Origin: Nageia nagi
Taxonomy: Eukaryota > Plantae > Pinophyta
Assembly (NCBI GenBank): GCA_050084985.1
Contig: JBITNC010000002.1
Span: forward strand, 38,812,001-38,876,000
Length of the DNA: 64,000 bases
Reading direction: 5' to 3'
Notes under the pieces: generated by a model
The model's input: the letters and a program-made list of their open reading frames with translations, nothing else
Told to the model about the DNA's origin: nothing
Database searches by the model: none
In this document: piece by piece, positions 50,861-64,000 of the stretch
Position numbering within the stretch: position 1 is the first letter of the stretch
How the letters are laid out: each line of letters opens with the position of its first letter
Program-made: the position numbers and the translations under genes

Positions 50861-53800
50861 ATCTCCCTCTAAGAGTATAATAAGCATATGTTATTATTCT
50901 TCATATACATTACAAAAATATACTAGAACTCATGTTATATCCCCATAACATATAAAATGTAACCACACACTACAACTTAATGTGATCAGTGTAATAGATT
51001 ATGAACACAAGAAGAAATGACATATAATGAATACTATTGTTTATTCTACACTTTACAAATTTGAGAATGAAAGAAGTGCAGAAATTTTACATACACTTTA
51101 TATGATTTGGTCTACATCATATGTAGTAGCATCCTACTACACTAGTTACTAGTCTCCTATCTTAATTCTTCTCTTTCATTATTAGCAAGAGAGGATTTCA
51201 TGATGTAAATTAGTCAAATCTATTTAGTGGTTAGTGAAAAAATACTAGTAGTTAGCCACTTTGTCCAATTATATCGAAAGGACATGACTCCATGAACCAT
51301 CGAAAGAGCCTAATAAGTAGAGAACCAAGGATAGGAAGAGTGTATGAGAGCAAGTGTGTAATAAATGTAACATTGTAACAAAATTTTATAAATTCATATT
51401 GATAAAAGAATCAACCCCTTATTTTTATGGATTAATTAGTTATATGTTGTTATTCTCTCCTTCCATTCCATTTTTCTTATCAATTATTAGTTGTAGATAA
51501 GAACTCTATCAATTGATTTGGTTGATCAATAATTATATTATCAAGACATTTATTAAATAGAGGATTTGATGGTTGAGTGGAATGTAGAGTAATATATATA
51601 AGTGGTTACCTTTTCTTCCTTTATGAAAATCATTATAAAATTTGTTTTTAAGGGAATTGAAAAACTTTAGGAAGTGGATTAATCAACGAACAAGATATAG
51701 CAAAGTAAAATTGATCAAGAGATAATAAATAAATTTAGGAAGAGAAAACATATAAAGATAAAGAAAAATGAAGCAATGATCTTAACCACATTAAAAAAAT
51801 TATGTGAAAAAAATTATGAGAATAACAATGAAGGGATAGAGAAAACAATAAGCTATAAATGCAGATAGATAAGACTAAGGAACTGAGTTCATTGTTAGGG
51901 CCAGATTCAAAAGAATACTTGTCAAAAGTTTAGGAAGTGATAGATAACCATATGGAAAGTGGGAAGCATATGAAAGAAAGAATAATAAAGGATAGGATAG
52001 ACCCTAAATTAGTGAAAAATAAGGACACCATCGAGGAAATACCAATTGATGAACTACCGATGTTGGAAATAATGATGAATAGTTTGAGAGATATACCTAT
52101 AGAAGGATTTGTAGTAGTAGTAGAGAATTATACAAATAATTATGATTATAACTCATTTGGATCATTTATAAGCTCACCTAAAACTCCAAAAGTATCACTT
52201 CTCTCAAATTGAATCGATAACATACTAGATAACATGATTAAGACCTTAATTGATCAACTGAATGAGATCATTGATAGAGATGTTGAGAATTGAGTAACAA
52301 TAGCTAGGATAGAGGAACACATAGAAAATAATGCTAAACCTCAAGAAATCTATATCTCCAAACCTATACATCAACAATATGAGTATCAAAGAAGAGAGAG
52401 ATTATCTCAACTAACAAATGGTACTTCTTGAATAATTAGGAGAATAACAAGGGCTATCACAATTGACTTATCAATATTATTTTCACTTATGTCTCTTAAT
52501 ACATAGTATTAATGAATACCATAAGAGGATGGATTAGAGATAAAACATCTAGCATTACCCAACATGATAATAGAAGAAGTGATAAAAAATCATAAATAAC
52601 AACCACATGAAGTAACCCTTGAAAATATAAAAAGAGATACACTACCATTAACCCCCATAACACACAAACAATATGACTCTTATGGGTATAATCAATAGGA
52701 AAAGATGATAATTTGAATACCTATTCCCCCATAATTTCTTCCTTCCCCTCATGCCACAAGATGACCTTGAAATCTTAAGAAGTTTTATCACTCCTCTTAA
52801 GTGATCCAAAACTCAAGGACATTCCTTAAGTCCAATTATAGGGGAAGTGTCAAAATCACCATTTAAGGATATTTTCAAGGTTATAGGAAAAAATTATTTT
52901 CATATACAACTACAAAGGGACCAACTTAGGACTTTGAATTGATATAATCAAAAAATAATACCAAAGCCTTCAATCGAATAGATGATGACAACATAATGCC
53001 CAACCATGACAATGACATCTACATCCAACATAAAAAATAAATGCCTCTACAAAATTACCAATATTTAAAAAATATACCCATGATGTGAGAGAACATTTAT
53101 TTATACTAGAGAATAAATGGATGCAAAGAGATTTTACAAATGAGGTTGCATTTATTATCAAGTTCATAGCTACATTATGAGATGAGGTATTGCAATGGTT
53201 TATGAAATTTAACAAAAATATCACTCAAGGAAAACTGGTGAAAACATAGGATGAAATTATTGTAACATTTAAGGTTGAACTTCATTTCTCAAAAGCTAGA
53301 CTAGAAAGCATAATAAAAATGTAAGAAATGATCATAGGATTTGAGAAAATAGTTCAAGAGTATGATAAAAGGTTTAAAGCCACTCAAAGGAGATTACAAT
53401 AACCAATAACAAAGAAAAAAAAGTATAATGATTTATTTTTGGACTATGATCAAAATTCAAAAGAGTTATGAAAAAAATATATCCAATGTACATTAAGGTT
53501 GTACAAGTGGTATTCGGAATCAAATCACAACCATTATGAGTAAACACCATTAATGACAACTTATCAATTCAACTAATAAAATTAAAAGAGCAAATTGGTA
53601 AACTATTTATGCAAGGAAATTCAGCAGTGCCTCCATAACATAGTGAAATTTTATGTCAATTTTGTACCAAGGAAGTGCAGATGGTCAATGAGTGTCCAAA
53701 ACTTTAAAAATTTAACCAAGAATATTGTCAACATTATCATATTTTAGGATTTCACAATACCAAAGATTGTCTAGTGATTTGTGTTCAAACAGATGACATA

Positions 53801-54266
53801 GATGGATAAATAAGTTATCGAACCTATGGATCCTAGAACTATTGGACCTACCAATGTCCAAGTAAGGATTTATTAGATGATTTTATAGAATATTTAAGAA
53901 TAATCCCCTAGGCATTTGCAACATAGCAATACCAAAAATTGAAATTCTAGGTAGTGTTATACATAGCGATGAATATTTATCAATCAGTTAATATATATCT
54001 TTTTATATTTAAATATTTTGAATATTCAAACATTGAATATTGCACCATTTAGTCCAATTTTTATAATATTGGTTAGTAATTTTTTTTTTTAAGAAATCAA
54101 CTTGAAAATTAAAAAATTTACTATTTACTGATGAAATTGCCAATAATATCCTATATATAAAGTTTATGAGATTTGATCATATATACCAATATTTCAAGTT
54201 CTCAACTTGTAGAGGAATCAAAATACTTTGATTTGATAATCATTTTATATTTCTAAGGAATTTCAT

Positions 54267-54625
54267 ATGCTCATCACCTAAAGATTGCAGATGCTCATCA
54301 CTTAAATATTGTAGACAATCATCAATTAAAGATTGTATATGTTTATCACCTAAATAGAGCACATGATCATCATATAAATATTGCAGATGCTTTTCACCTA
54401 AAGATTACATATTATCATCACCTAAAAATTGTAGACAATCATCACATAAGGTTGAAAATGCTCATCACCTAAAGATTATAGATGATCATCACCTAATGAT
54501 TGCAAATACTCATGACCTAAGGTATGTAGATTCTCTTCACCTAAGTGTTGCATACATTCATCATCTAATGATTGCAGATGCTTGTCACCTTAATATTATA
54601 GACCCTCATCATCTTAAGATTACAT
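54267..54625. repeat. 15 x 24-bp minisatellite (ATGCTCATCACCTAAAGATTGCAG)
   Basis: Fifteen contiguous diverged units counted; one is 23 bp. Confidence 0.93.
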
Positions 54626-54634
54626 TTTATCATT

Positions 54635-55271
54635 AATTTTTATAGCCCATAACTTTTTTTTAGGGATCTCCAATTGATTTAAATGATAAATCATTAGGTA
54701 TATCTCAAAAAGACCTTTAAAATGAGTGGTCACATGACCCTTTTTAAGCAAAGAATGAGTTGCCAAAAGATAAAAATACAGATGATTTTATGTATTTTTT
54801 ACCTTTGATGACTCATTCCTTGCTTATAAGGGGTCATGTGACCACTCATTTTAAAGGCATTTTCAAGATATATCCAATGGTATATCATTTAAATTGATTG
54901 GAGACCTATAAAAATTGTTAGGGGCTTTAGAACATGACTAGTTTATTTTTATCAATTTTTATAGCTCAATTTTTTTTTTGCAGGTCTCTAATCAATTTAA
55001 ATGATATAACATTGAATATATCTTGAGAAGATATTTAAAATGAGTACTCACATGACACCTTTTGAGCAAATAATGAGTCTTCTAAGGCCAAAAATGTAGA
55101 TGGTCATTTGGAGTAAAATACAAATAATTGTTTGCATGTTTGGCTTAGATGACTCATTACTTGCTCAAAAGGGTCTTGTGACCACTCATTTTAAAGGTCT
55201 TATCAATATCTATCCAATGGCATATCATTTAAGTCAATTGAAACCTATAAAAAAGTTATCAACTTTAAAAA
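54635..55271. repeat. Four ~135-bp units in +/-/+/- orientation forming two tandem hairpins
   Basis: Core TTTAAAATGAGTGGTCACATGACCC lies in units at ~54637-54777 and ~54955-55095; its reverse complement lies in units at ~54796-54932 and ~55139-55271. Confidence 0.92.
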
Positions 55272-58200
55272 GTGAAGATAATTATTTATATTTTTTTGAA
55301 GATGCTTGTATACATCCTAATTTGTTGAGATGATCATCTTTAATTACTTTATGATGGTTAATGATAGTATTTAGTTATATTTAGATGCATATAATAAACT
55401 AAATATAAATATAATATCACCAATAATTTACAACCTATTTTAAAAAATATTTATTTTTCCACCTAATATATGTGATTTTTCTACATTTTCCCCATGAAAT
55501 TTGAATCCAATTTGTTATATTTTGAAAAAAAATTATTTTACAATTGTTAATTATGCATTAAACTAATTCCAAGGCACTGAATAAACTCAAATACCATTTA
55601 TCTATGAATCATTAGTCACATATATACTTTTCATTGCCTCTACTTAATAACAACCTTGAGAATAATATAATGCACCTAATGATCATTATTAGAACCAAAG
55701 AAGTGGCCCTAGTATAGTGAATGGATATAGAGGAGGATATTAGGGTGACAAAAGAGGCTGATGAATTTAATGTTTTGACTATTGTAATTTTTCCCATGAA
55801 TAATACAAGTGTTCACATCCTTAAGCATTCCTGATATGCTAATTCTACCAAATGATGAATGACCATAGCTTCATCATTTGCCCCAAATTATTCAAGGATA
55901 TGTAAACTAGAATATCAAAAATTGATAATGATAACAACTCAAATATGAAATCCACTTGATAGATACCATTTTATTTTAACTTTAGAGCCACCCTATCCCA
56001 ACAAAACCTTCTAGATAACCTCATACACTCAAATTCAATATTAAGAGGATAAACCGCTCTAAATATACCATCAACATGTATAACAACTCAGTCTAGAGTA
56101 AAGAACATAGGATTCACCAAACCAATAGTAAAATAATCATACCAAAATCTAAATATCTAAATCCAAAATAACATTATGATATTGTTTGAATAACCTAATA
56201 AATCATTCAAGTATACAAAAATAAGATTACTAGGTGACTCAACCACAAACATCTTATCAACAAATGACAGAAGAAGAAAATACCCTGTTAAAATGATTAT
56301 GTAAGCTTATCTAGCATGAATATCTACTACTGAAATGAACACAACTATCCAAATATTATAATTATAAATATATTGAGAAAAGAGTATTTAAATCACTAAA
56401 AGGATGGAAAAAGAAACTCATACTAATCAAAGTTGTAATGAATGGTAAACTTGCAAAGAATGTTATGTTAGATTTATGAGCCAATATAGATCTTCTTCTT
56501 GCAGGAACATCAAAATAACTAGGATGTACCCTCTTAGAACTAGTATAATATAATATTTCACTAGAAGATGGCTCTTTAGTTCAGTCCTTAGGACTATTTC
56601 TAGACATGTCAGTCCCCTTTCTAAGAATCACTTCATTGGCTACATTTGATATGATAAATATGATTAATACTTAAAATTTACAATATACAGCTATACTAGA
56701 TTTGGAATATTTTTTCAATAATAATGGGAATATAAATAATAAAACTCAATAATTGATCCTTTATAATGATGATTATAAAGTACATATTCTACTAAATAAA
56801 GGTATGTGTGGTGCATACACCAAAGCACCAAACGAAAGCAGTAATAATGGAAGCAATGATGGTAGTGATTTGATGGATTTAAATGACCTATATGATTTAA
56901 ATACAAGAAAAGAATTAGATAAATTATTATATTACCTTAATCCCATGAATTATGGTCAAATAAATTTTTATAGTGGTTCCTTAGAGATTGATTTTGAGAC
57001 CATCGCAATGATGTGGAATGTAGAAAATCATGAGTTGCATTCAAAATGAGTATGACGAATTAAGTTGGAACATCAAGTATACCAAATTTTTAAAAAGTTA
57101 TATTAAGAGAAACTACCAAATTTTCATGACACCAAGGAAAAATTTCCTCTCCATGAATATTTTGAAGCCATGGTCTAAACCTTCCCTAATGAAAATGATA
57201 GAATTAATACAATTAAAGAAACTCTCATTGGAACTGCTGCAAGATGGTGGGGTACACATCATCCAAACCTAACATCATGGGATAAGGTAATGTATCATAT
57301 ATAATTACATTTTATAACTCCACATGAACTCACCAATGTTATCAATAAATATTTAGGTGATACAGATCCTATAATGTACATTACACTTTGCAACTCAATT
57401 TGGAAAAATTTGACCAATTTACAACTCGGTACCTTGGTACATATATTCCATTGGAAATTAAGGATTATTCCACATGCTTGGTACATAAACCAAGAGTTTA
57501 GAAGAGAAACAAATGATTAGGATGCATTGCAAGTTGCATTCATTCATATTTTCAAGTTTCATGGTGATCATATCCCATTTCATAAATATCTACTACAAAT
57601 AAGAAATTTCCTACTCATCGAACCTACTATTGCATGGGTAGCCTATTGCAAAATAGTACAACCTATAGTAATACCCATCACTATATACCCATTACCAATC
57701 ATCAAAAATATTGCTAGAACACTAAAACAAACCAAATTTGAGGAACAATATGATAAACTAAAAATTCTTAAATATAAAGTTGAGAAAGATTAAAAAGAAG
57801 TAATCATGGTGAAAGAGACAAAATCAAAATATGATAAAGAAATTAAAACTATGAAACTAAATTTTAGTACATATGTAGAAACAACAATGGCCATAATAGG
57901 TGATTATTGGATTGAGGAAGAGGCAAATAAAATTATTAAACTATTGGTTAAATACCAAGAGTTATTCTTGTAAAATGTGATGGAACTATGAGGAATGAAT
58001 GAAGAGATCAGAACCATGCAAATAAGATTAAAATCCAAATATAAACCATGAAAACAATGATCATATCACTTAAACATAAATTATAAAACATATGTAAAGG
58101 AATCATTATATCAAATTCTTGAAGTAAGCATCATATCACCAATTGATAATGCTGAATGGATTAGCCCTTTTGTGATCCACTATAAAAAGATAGGGGATCT

Positions 58201-61200
58201 ATGAATTTGTGTATGATTTTAGAAACTTAAAAAGCTTGTAAACATGATTATTTTTTCAACATTATTCATAGAAGAAAATTTATAATATATTTCTAGAAAT
58301 GAAGTATACTTCTTCACCAATGGTTTTTTCGGATATCACCAAGTCCAAATTTTTGAGGAAGATTTCCAGGAACTAACATTCACAACTTAATGGTGATCAT
58401 TCATGTATAATGTTATGCCTTTCAAGATTAAAAAGACACTAGCAGTATTTTTTCAAATCATGATCCAAGCATTTAAAGAATTTATTCATGACTTTATATA
58501 AGTCTAAATATATGATTGTATAATACATGAATTGATGAAAAAATCATACCCATACATTAAGACTAATGTCTAAATGTTGTTGACAACTATGGATATCACT
58601 TAATTTAAAAAATTGTCTCTTTACTACACCATATGGTGTTATAATAGGATATATCATTTGTAAAAAAGGATTGATGGTAGACCCAACAAAGATTATGGTA
58701 GTACTTAACATTCCCCCACCTAAAATAGTAAAATAAGTGAGGAGGTTTTTAGGATCGACATGTTATTACAAAAAAATTCATCAAAACCTACATAGATTTA
58801 ACTAACCCTATCAATAACTTAACATGAAAAATTGATCATTTTGTTAGTCATAATAATGCTAGAAAATTTTGACTTGTTGAAAATTAAACTATTCAAAGTC
58901 CCAATATTAATATTTATTGACTTGACTAAGAATCTCATAAAAATGTTGATGCAAGTATTCAATCAATTGATGTTGTATTGGCATAACCTAGCAAAGGTAA
59001 TATGGACCATCCCATTTATTTCATTAGCTGCAAAATGGCATATGCAAAGAAGAATTATACAATCACTAAATAAGAAGCACCAACTATGGTATACACCCCT
59101 CAAAATTTTTGTTATTATTGTTAGCAATAATATTCATTTTTCTTTTTATAGATCACTAGGCTTTGACATACTATCTTAACAAAGTGATCATTCAAGGAAG
59201 GATCTACTATTGGTTATTTTTACTCTAAGACTTTACCTTCAAAATCATTCTCAAATAAGCCAATTTAAATTCAATCCCCAATATGCTATTAAGAATTGAT
59301 AATGGCAAAACCTCAAAAATCAATGATGACTTATCAAGAGCTCACTTATTTTGAGTAGAAGTACTTCCAAAAGTTAGAAGAAATAGAAAACCTTTTGATA
59401 TTAGGAAAATATCCTAATGGCTTATCTTCAAAATAACCTATAAAACTACCTATTAAGGCAATGCCATACACCCTTATATTGTGAGAACTCTATAAAATTG
59501 GTATGGACAAAGTAATTCAATGCATAGCCCTACCACACAAATGCAATGAAATCCTTAGGAAAAAAATGTGATTGTATAGTTGGAGGTTATTTTAGAGGAG
59601 ATATAACAAGTAAAAAGGCATTACAAGATAGAATATGATGGCCCACTCTTCATTCCAATGCCTACTTTTATGCTAAGATTTGCAACATATGCCAAATAAT
59701 TGATCACCCATCAGCATGGGATGAACTCCTAGTTCAACCACTACTATCCTCACAACTATTTAAAAAATGGATGATTAATTTTGTTTGTAAATAAAGGGAA
59801 ATATATATTATTATTGGAATGAAATACTTCAGGAAATGAGAAGAAGGAAAGGCAATTAAAGATTGTACAACACTAATAGCAACCAAGTTCATATACAAAA
59901 ATATAATTATAAGATTTGGATGTCCAATGAAAATTGTAAGTGATCAATGAAAATATTTTTCCAATCACATTATTAACAAGTTACTTACTAAATTTATGAT
60001 TCAACATAATCAAAGCTCCTTGTATCACCCACAAGAATATGGATCCATTAAAGTGAACAACAAAATTCTCAAATGAACATTAACAAAAATTAAGTCTATG
60101 GATTAGTCAGATTGGGAAGAAACAATATTGACCATACTTTAGGCATACAAAACAACTTATAAATAATTAAATAATAAAATACCATTTGATCTAGTTTATG
60201 GACTTGAAGCAATGGTCCCTATGGAATTTAAAGAACCACCCTAGTAATACGATTTGATAAAAATTGATTACTACAAGAATGAATTTTTACTCTCATCCAA
60301 TTAGATAAAAATCGAAGGATAATCTTATACAACCAAATTCAAGAAAAGAATCGATAGAAAGCATGGTATGATAGACATATTAACAATAAGAAATTTAAAA
60401 TCAGTGAATAAGTACTTTTATATGATAGTTGGTATAAACATCATCTCAAAAAATTAAAAATTTGATGACATGGGCCTTACATCATCTACATTATGAAAGG
60501 TGAAGGAACCGTACAATTACTGACTTTAGATGAAAAACTTTGATTAGGATTTGTAAATAATTTAGAAACACACTTGTATTATTCTAGTATAGATTAGTTA
60601 CAATAGATTTTAGAAATAGTCAAATTGTTTCTTAGTTTCTACTTCTTTTTACAGCTTAACAATATGAAATGCATCCCATACAAAACCTTATTAAGTTAAG
60701 GAGTACATAGAATTATAAAATAAACATAGGAGTAGTATCAAAAAGCACAAAAATAATAGTCAACATGGTTGTAAAATAAAAACCATTCAATGATATGACC
60801 CACAACCAAACAAAAATTAAAGGGTGACCACCTCCACTAACCATCTCGTTGTTGCTGCTAACTACTAGAATGAAAGTAAGCAAGTAGAAGCTCCCAAATG
60901 GTGCTATAGTTCATTCCCTATGATAGAGCCAAAAATGCAACAATAGCTCTTGAAAACTCTACCTACTCTTGATATTGTTGATAATGCTTTGCCAATAACC
61001 ATAACATCCACTCCAACTCTACATCTGAAATTTGACAACTTTTGAGAAATTGGATCATCACTATTTGCGACTCCATCACTCCAACCATGATAGAATAGAC
61101 AAAGAAAATAAACAACAAAATTACAAAGTGATAGAAAATTAAAAAACCCATAACATGAATTATAGTGAATTTCAACTAAAAATATTAATCCATAAATTAT

Positions 61201-64000
61201 TAAATGTATTAATTAAAAATCCCCTCATTTACCTTTGCATACAAAAATTAAATCAAAAATACAAATGAAAGATTTAAATTGCTTTAGGATTCTATAAAAG
61301 TATTACATGGCATTCAAATCTTACCTTGAGAAACTAGCCAACATGGGAGTATAAATTAAGACATATGCAATTAATTCACATGGAATTGACACAATGAAAA
61401 ATACACCACCATTGATCCAATAAATGACTATGGCATACCACCTCACCAACCATTACATGTCTCTAACACCTTTTGAATAAATCATGATACAACCAATCAA
61501 ACATGCAATACCACTCACTAATTTTAAATCCTATAAATATAATACCCCATTACCCAAAAACCTCACCAAAATAGACTCAACATTACATAAGGAGTGATAG
61601 AGTCACTAGCAGTGGAAATTTTTAGTCCACCATTGGATAAACTAGAAATAGAGGTAGAGGAAATGGCATTAAAATGAAAATAGCTACATTTGATCAATTA
61701 GGAAGAGGATCAATTTGTAGTAAGCCCACTCGGGTACCATTTCTTGGAGGTACTAGACAAGGTGGAGGGCATTGATGAATCCATGTCATACATCAAGACC
61801 ATTAAATTAGAGGACCCTAAAGTTTAAGAGGCATGTATAGACATAGAGAAATTAAAACCAAAGAAATTGAAAGTATTTGATAGAGTAGGTTTGTTTGCGG
61901 CTTCTATAATAAAAATGAACTATGGTTGAATAATAACTTATCAAACTAGTTATCAAGCTAAAGAAAAGGGAGTTAACCATGACCATTTGATAGTAAGAAT
62001 GAACTAAGTAAGAGTTGAGATAGTGCATCATATCTTGTATACCAAAATAAAGGCTATAGAACTAAAATTGATTATCTTAAGACATGTATGAGTAGTGATA
62101 GTAGTCATTTCCTAGAGATTGTACTACAACATTAATTCCAATAGCATTAATAATACACAATTGATGATGGCCTATGAAATAATGCATCAACATAGAGTGT
62201 TTTCCCTCACCAATATCATTTTGGAGAGCCTAAAGCAAAATGATCATTTGATCGAGACCAAAATGAAGAGAAACATAATATTCAAGTACAAAACTTCCTT
62301 AGTTCTTTCCACCATGTACTTTTTGCAAATATTTCCCTTTGATAAATCAAATTTGGAAGCTCAACAAAAAGGAAAATTAGGGGAGCAAGTTGTCAACACA
62401 ATAGAGCAAATTGATATTGATTACACACAGTTGATAGTCAAAGTTTACAATGACCTACATGGTCAAATAGTGAACTTCATAGCATGGGTCAAGGAAGTGT
62501 GGAATATCATCCAAGGGCACACAAGGATACCTAAATGAGCCATCATCAATTTAAAGATGTTCAAAAGTTCATTGTATCTAGTTGTGACTGGTGAAGTTGA
62601 ATTCATCGCACTTGGAGGTCAAGCTTTGATATATGATCAACTATGCTACATGCAAGAATATCATTTAGTACCTTAAGAAAATTAGAGAGGGAGTGGAAAT
62701 TGAGGTTAAAATCCCAAGTAGGATTGAGCTACCCTGAAATAGTGTCATCCTCCTTAGAGAGTATGATAAAGAAAAAGGACCCAATGTTGAATACTGAATA
62801 TAGGAAGGAGGAATTGTTACAACATTGATCAAGAAAGTAACATACTAATGAAGTGCCTAACCATAGAGTATCGATAATTAAAGTAGACCACCTAGTGAAA
62901 CCTCATCACTGAACATCCAATTGGAAGAATTACTACACACAACACAAATAATCCAAGCTTTGATTCATCCAAGCTTTGATTCATTAGTCCTAATTTTGAT
63001 TCTAATTTCTACTTCTATGTATGTTCATGTTTTGATTTACACTTACCAACTGATTCCAATACCAATACCTTTCACAACTTCTTATACATTATCTATACCT
63101 CAAGATCATAACCCATTAAATGCCATTATCCTCACCACTAAACTGATATAACAACCCACTAGTAGCCAACAATCATTGCCTCATTATGTCACTATAACAT
63201 GAACAAGTACTCATCCATGGACCCATTTATGCTTAGATTCATATCACACATCCATTTATGCCTTAGAAACTCACCTTTCAAAAACTAATGGCATAGTATG
63301 GCTAATACAAGCCACTTCTTAGTCCTTGACCACTACTTAATCAATGAGACTATGAATAGGAAAATTGAGGCATTCAACCAATCATGGGATTTTCAACACC
63401 AAGAAATCATGAGGGTAGTTTAATCAATTTTCCAACAACTTCAACACCATATACACTACCCTTCCATACCATAGACTAAACTGACTAGGAAATTGATAAA
63501 ATTGATCATTACCACCATCGCCAAATTCACTCAGCCTACCAACATCACCAAACTCACCTCCATACTCCATCAACACTTTCCTTCCACTGATTTTCATCCT
63601 TAACATACCATCAAGGAGCACTTGAAGGCCATTACCATTCATACACAATAGAATATTAGTTAAACCAAACAATACTACCAATTAGAAATGGAGAAAATAT
63701 AAACACCTACAAGGCCAAGGTGTAACAATACAAAGAAGAAATTATCCAATTGAAAGATGCTAAAAACCTTGAAAATATGATTGTAACTATTGATCCACCT
63801 CAAGTTAACATGGAATCCATAAGGGAGAACATTTGGCTATAAAAATATGAGGAACTACACACTCTCAAATAACATTGGGCTAAGGAGATCAAGGAGTTAT
63901 GTACTAATAAGAAAATGACTGAAAAATTTCTTCAAGCAAAAAGATAAGATAAATTAGGGTTGATTCACTAAAATAAATAGCTCTAGGAAGAAGTATACTA

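Larger units (their letters stand above)
51700..64000 (+). mobile_element. Large degenerate non-chromoviral Ty3/Gypsy element (Athila/Tat-like), running off the window
   Basis: gag ~53020-53400 (FIATL.DEVLQWFMKF, VQEYDKRFK), two zinc-knuckle remnants ~53650-53770, protease ~56430-56650, RT ~57950-58760 (EWISPFVI, GFFGYHQV, YNVMPF), RNase H, integrase (YHPQ..G, GPY at ~60470), extra 3' ORF remnants 61650-63000. Boundaries are approximate. Confidence 0.85.

Noticed and set aside
54267-54625. His-rich octapeptide repeat protein (DAHHLKIA)n
   Set aside because: No start or splice context, a 1-bp deletion mid-array, and the consensus codons rarely mutate to stops, so the open frame is uninformative.

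Overview
This is plant nuclear DNA, AT-rich and strongly CpG-depleted. A gymnosperm-like genome is my inference from the TE families and PPR style, not a proven assignment. The window is mostly nested and decayed retroelements around one host locus. That locus is a four-exon 2-oxoglutarate/Fe(II) dioxygenase (DOXC, SRG1/LBO1-like) pseudogene at 17971-19624. It has two premature stops, the HxD motif changed to LxE, a GC-AG first intron and a perfect 176-bp internal tandem duplication. A truncated paralogous promoter plus exon 1 lies just upstream. The most unusual structure is the LTR element at 1-4433. Between a + strand PBS and a + strand RNaseH-PPT-LTR it carries a captured DUF1645 host-gene fragment and an inverted Copia gag-protease-integrase block that ends exactly at its own PBS, and its LTR contains a PPR-gene fragment. 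Other elements: an old Copia with a fold-back hairpin, two non-autonomous LTR elements with tiny internal regions, a solo LTR with TSD, a TE-borne Plant Mobile Domain, a long L1 LINE, a chromoviral Gypsy nested in another LTR, a possible GIY-YIG (Penelope-like) relic, and a large non-chromoviral Gypsy interrupted by a minisatellite plus double hairpin. No intact protein-coding gene, RNA gene or CRISPR array is supported.
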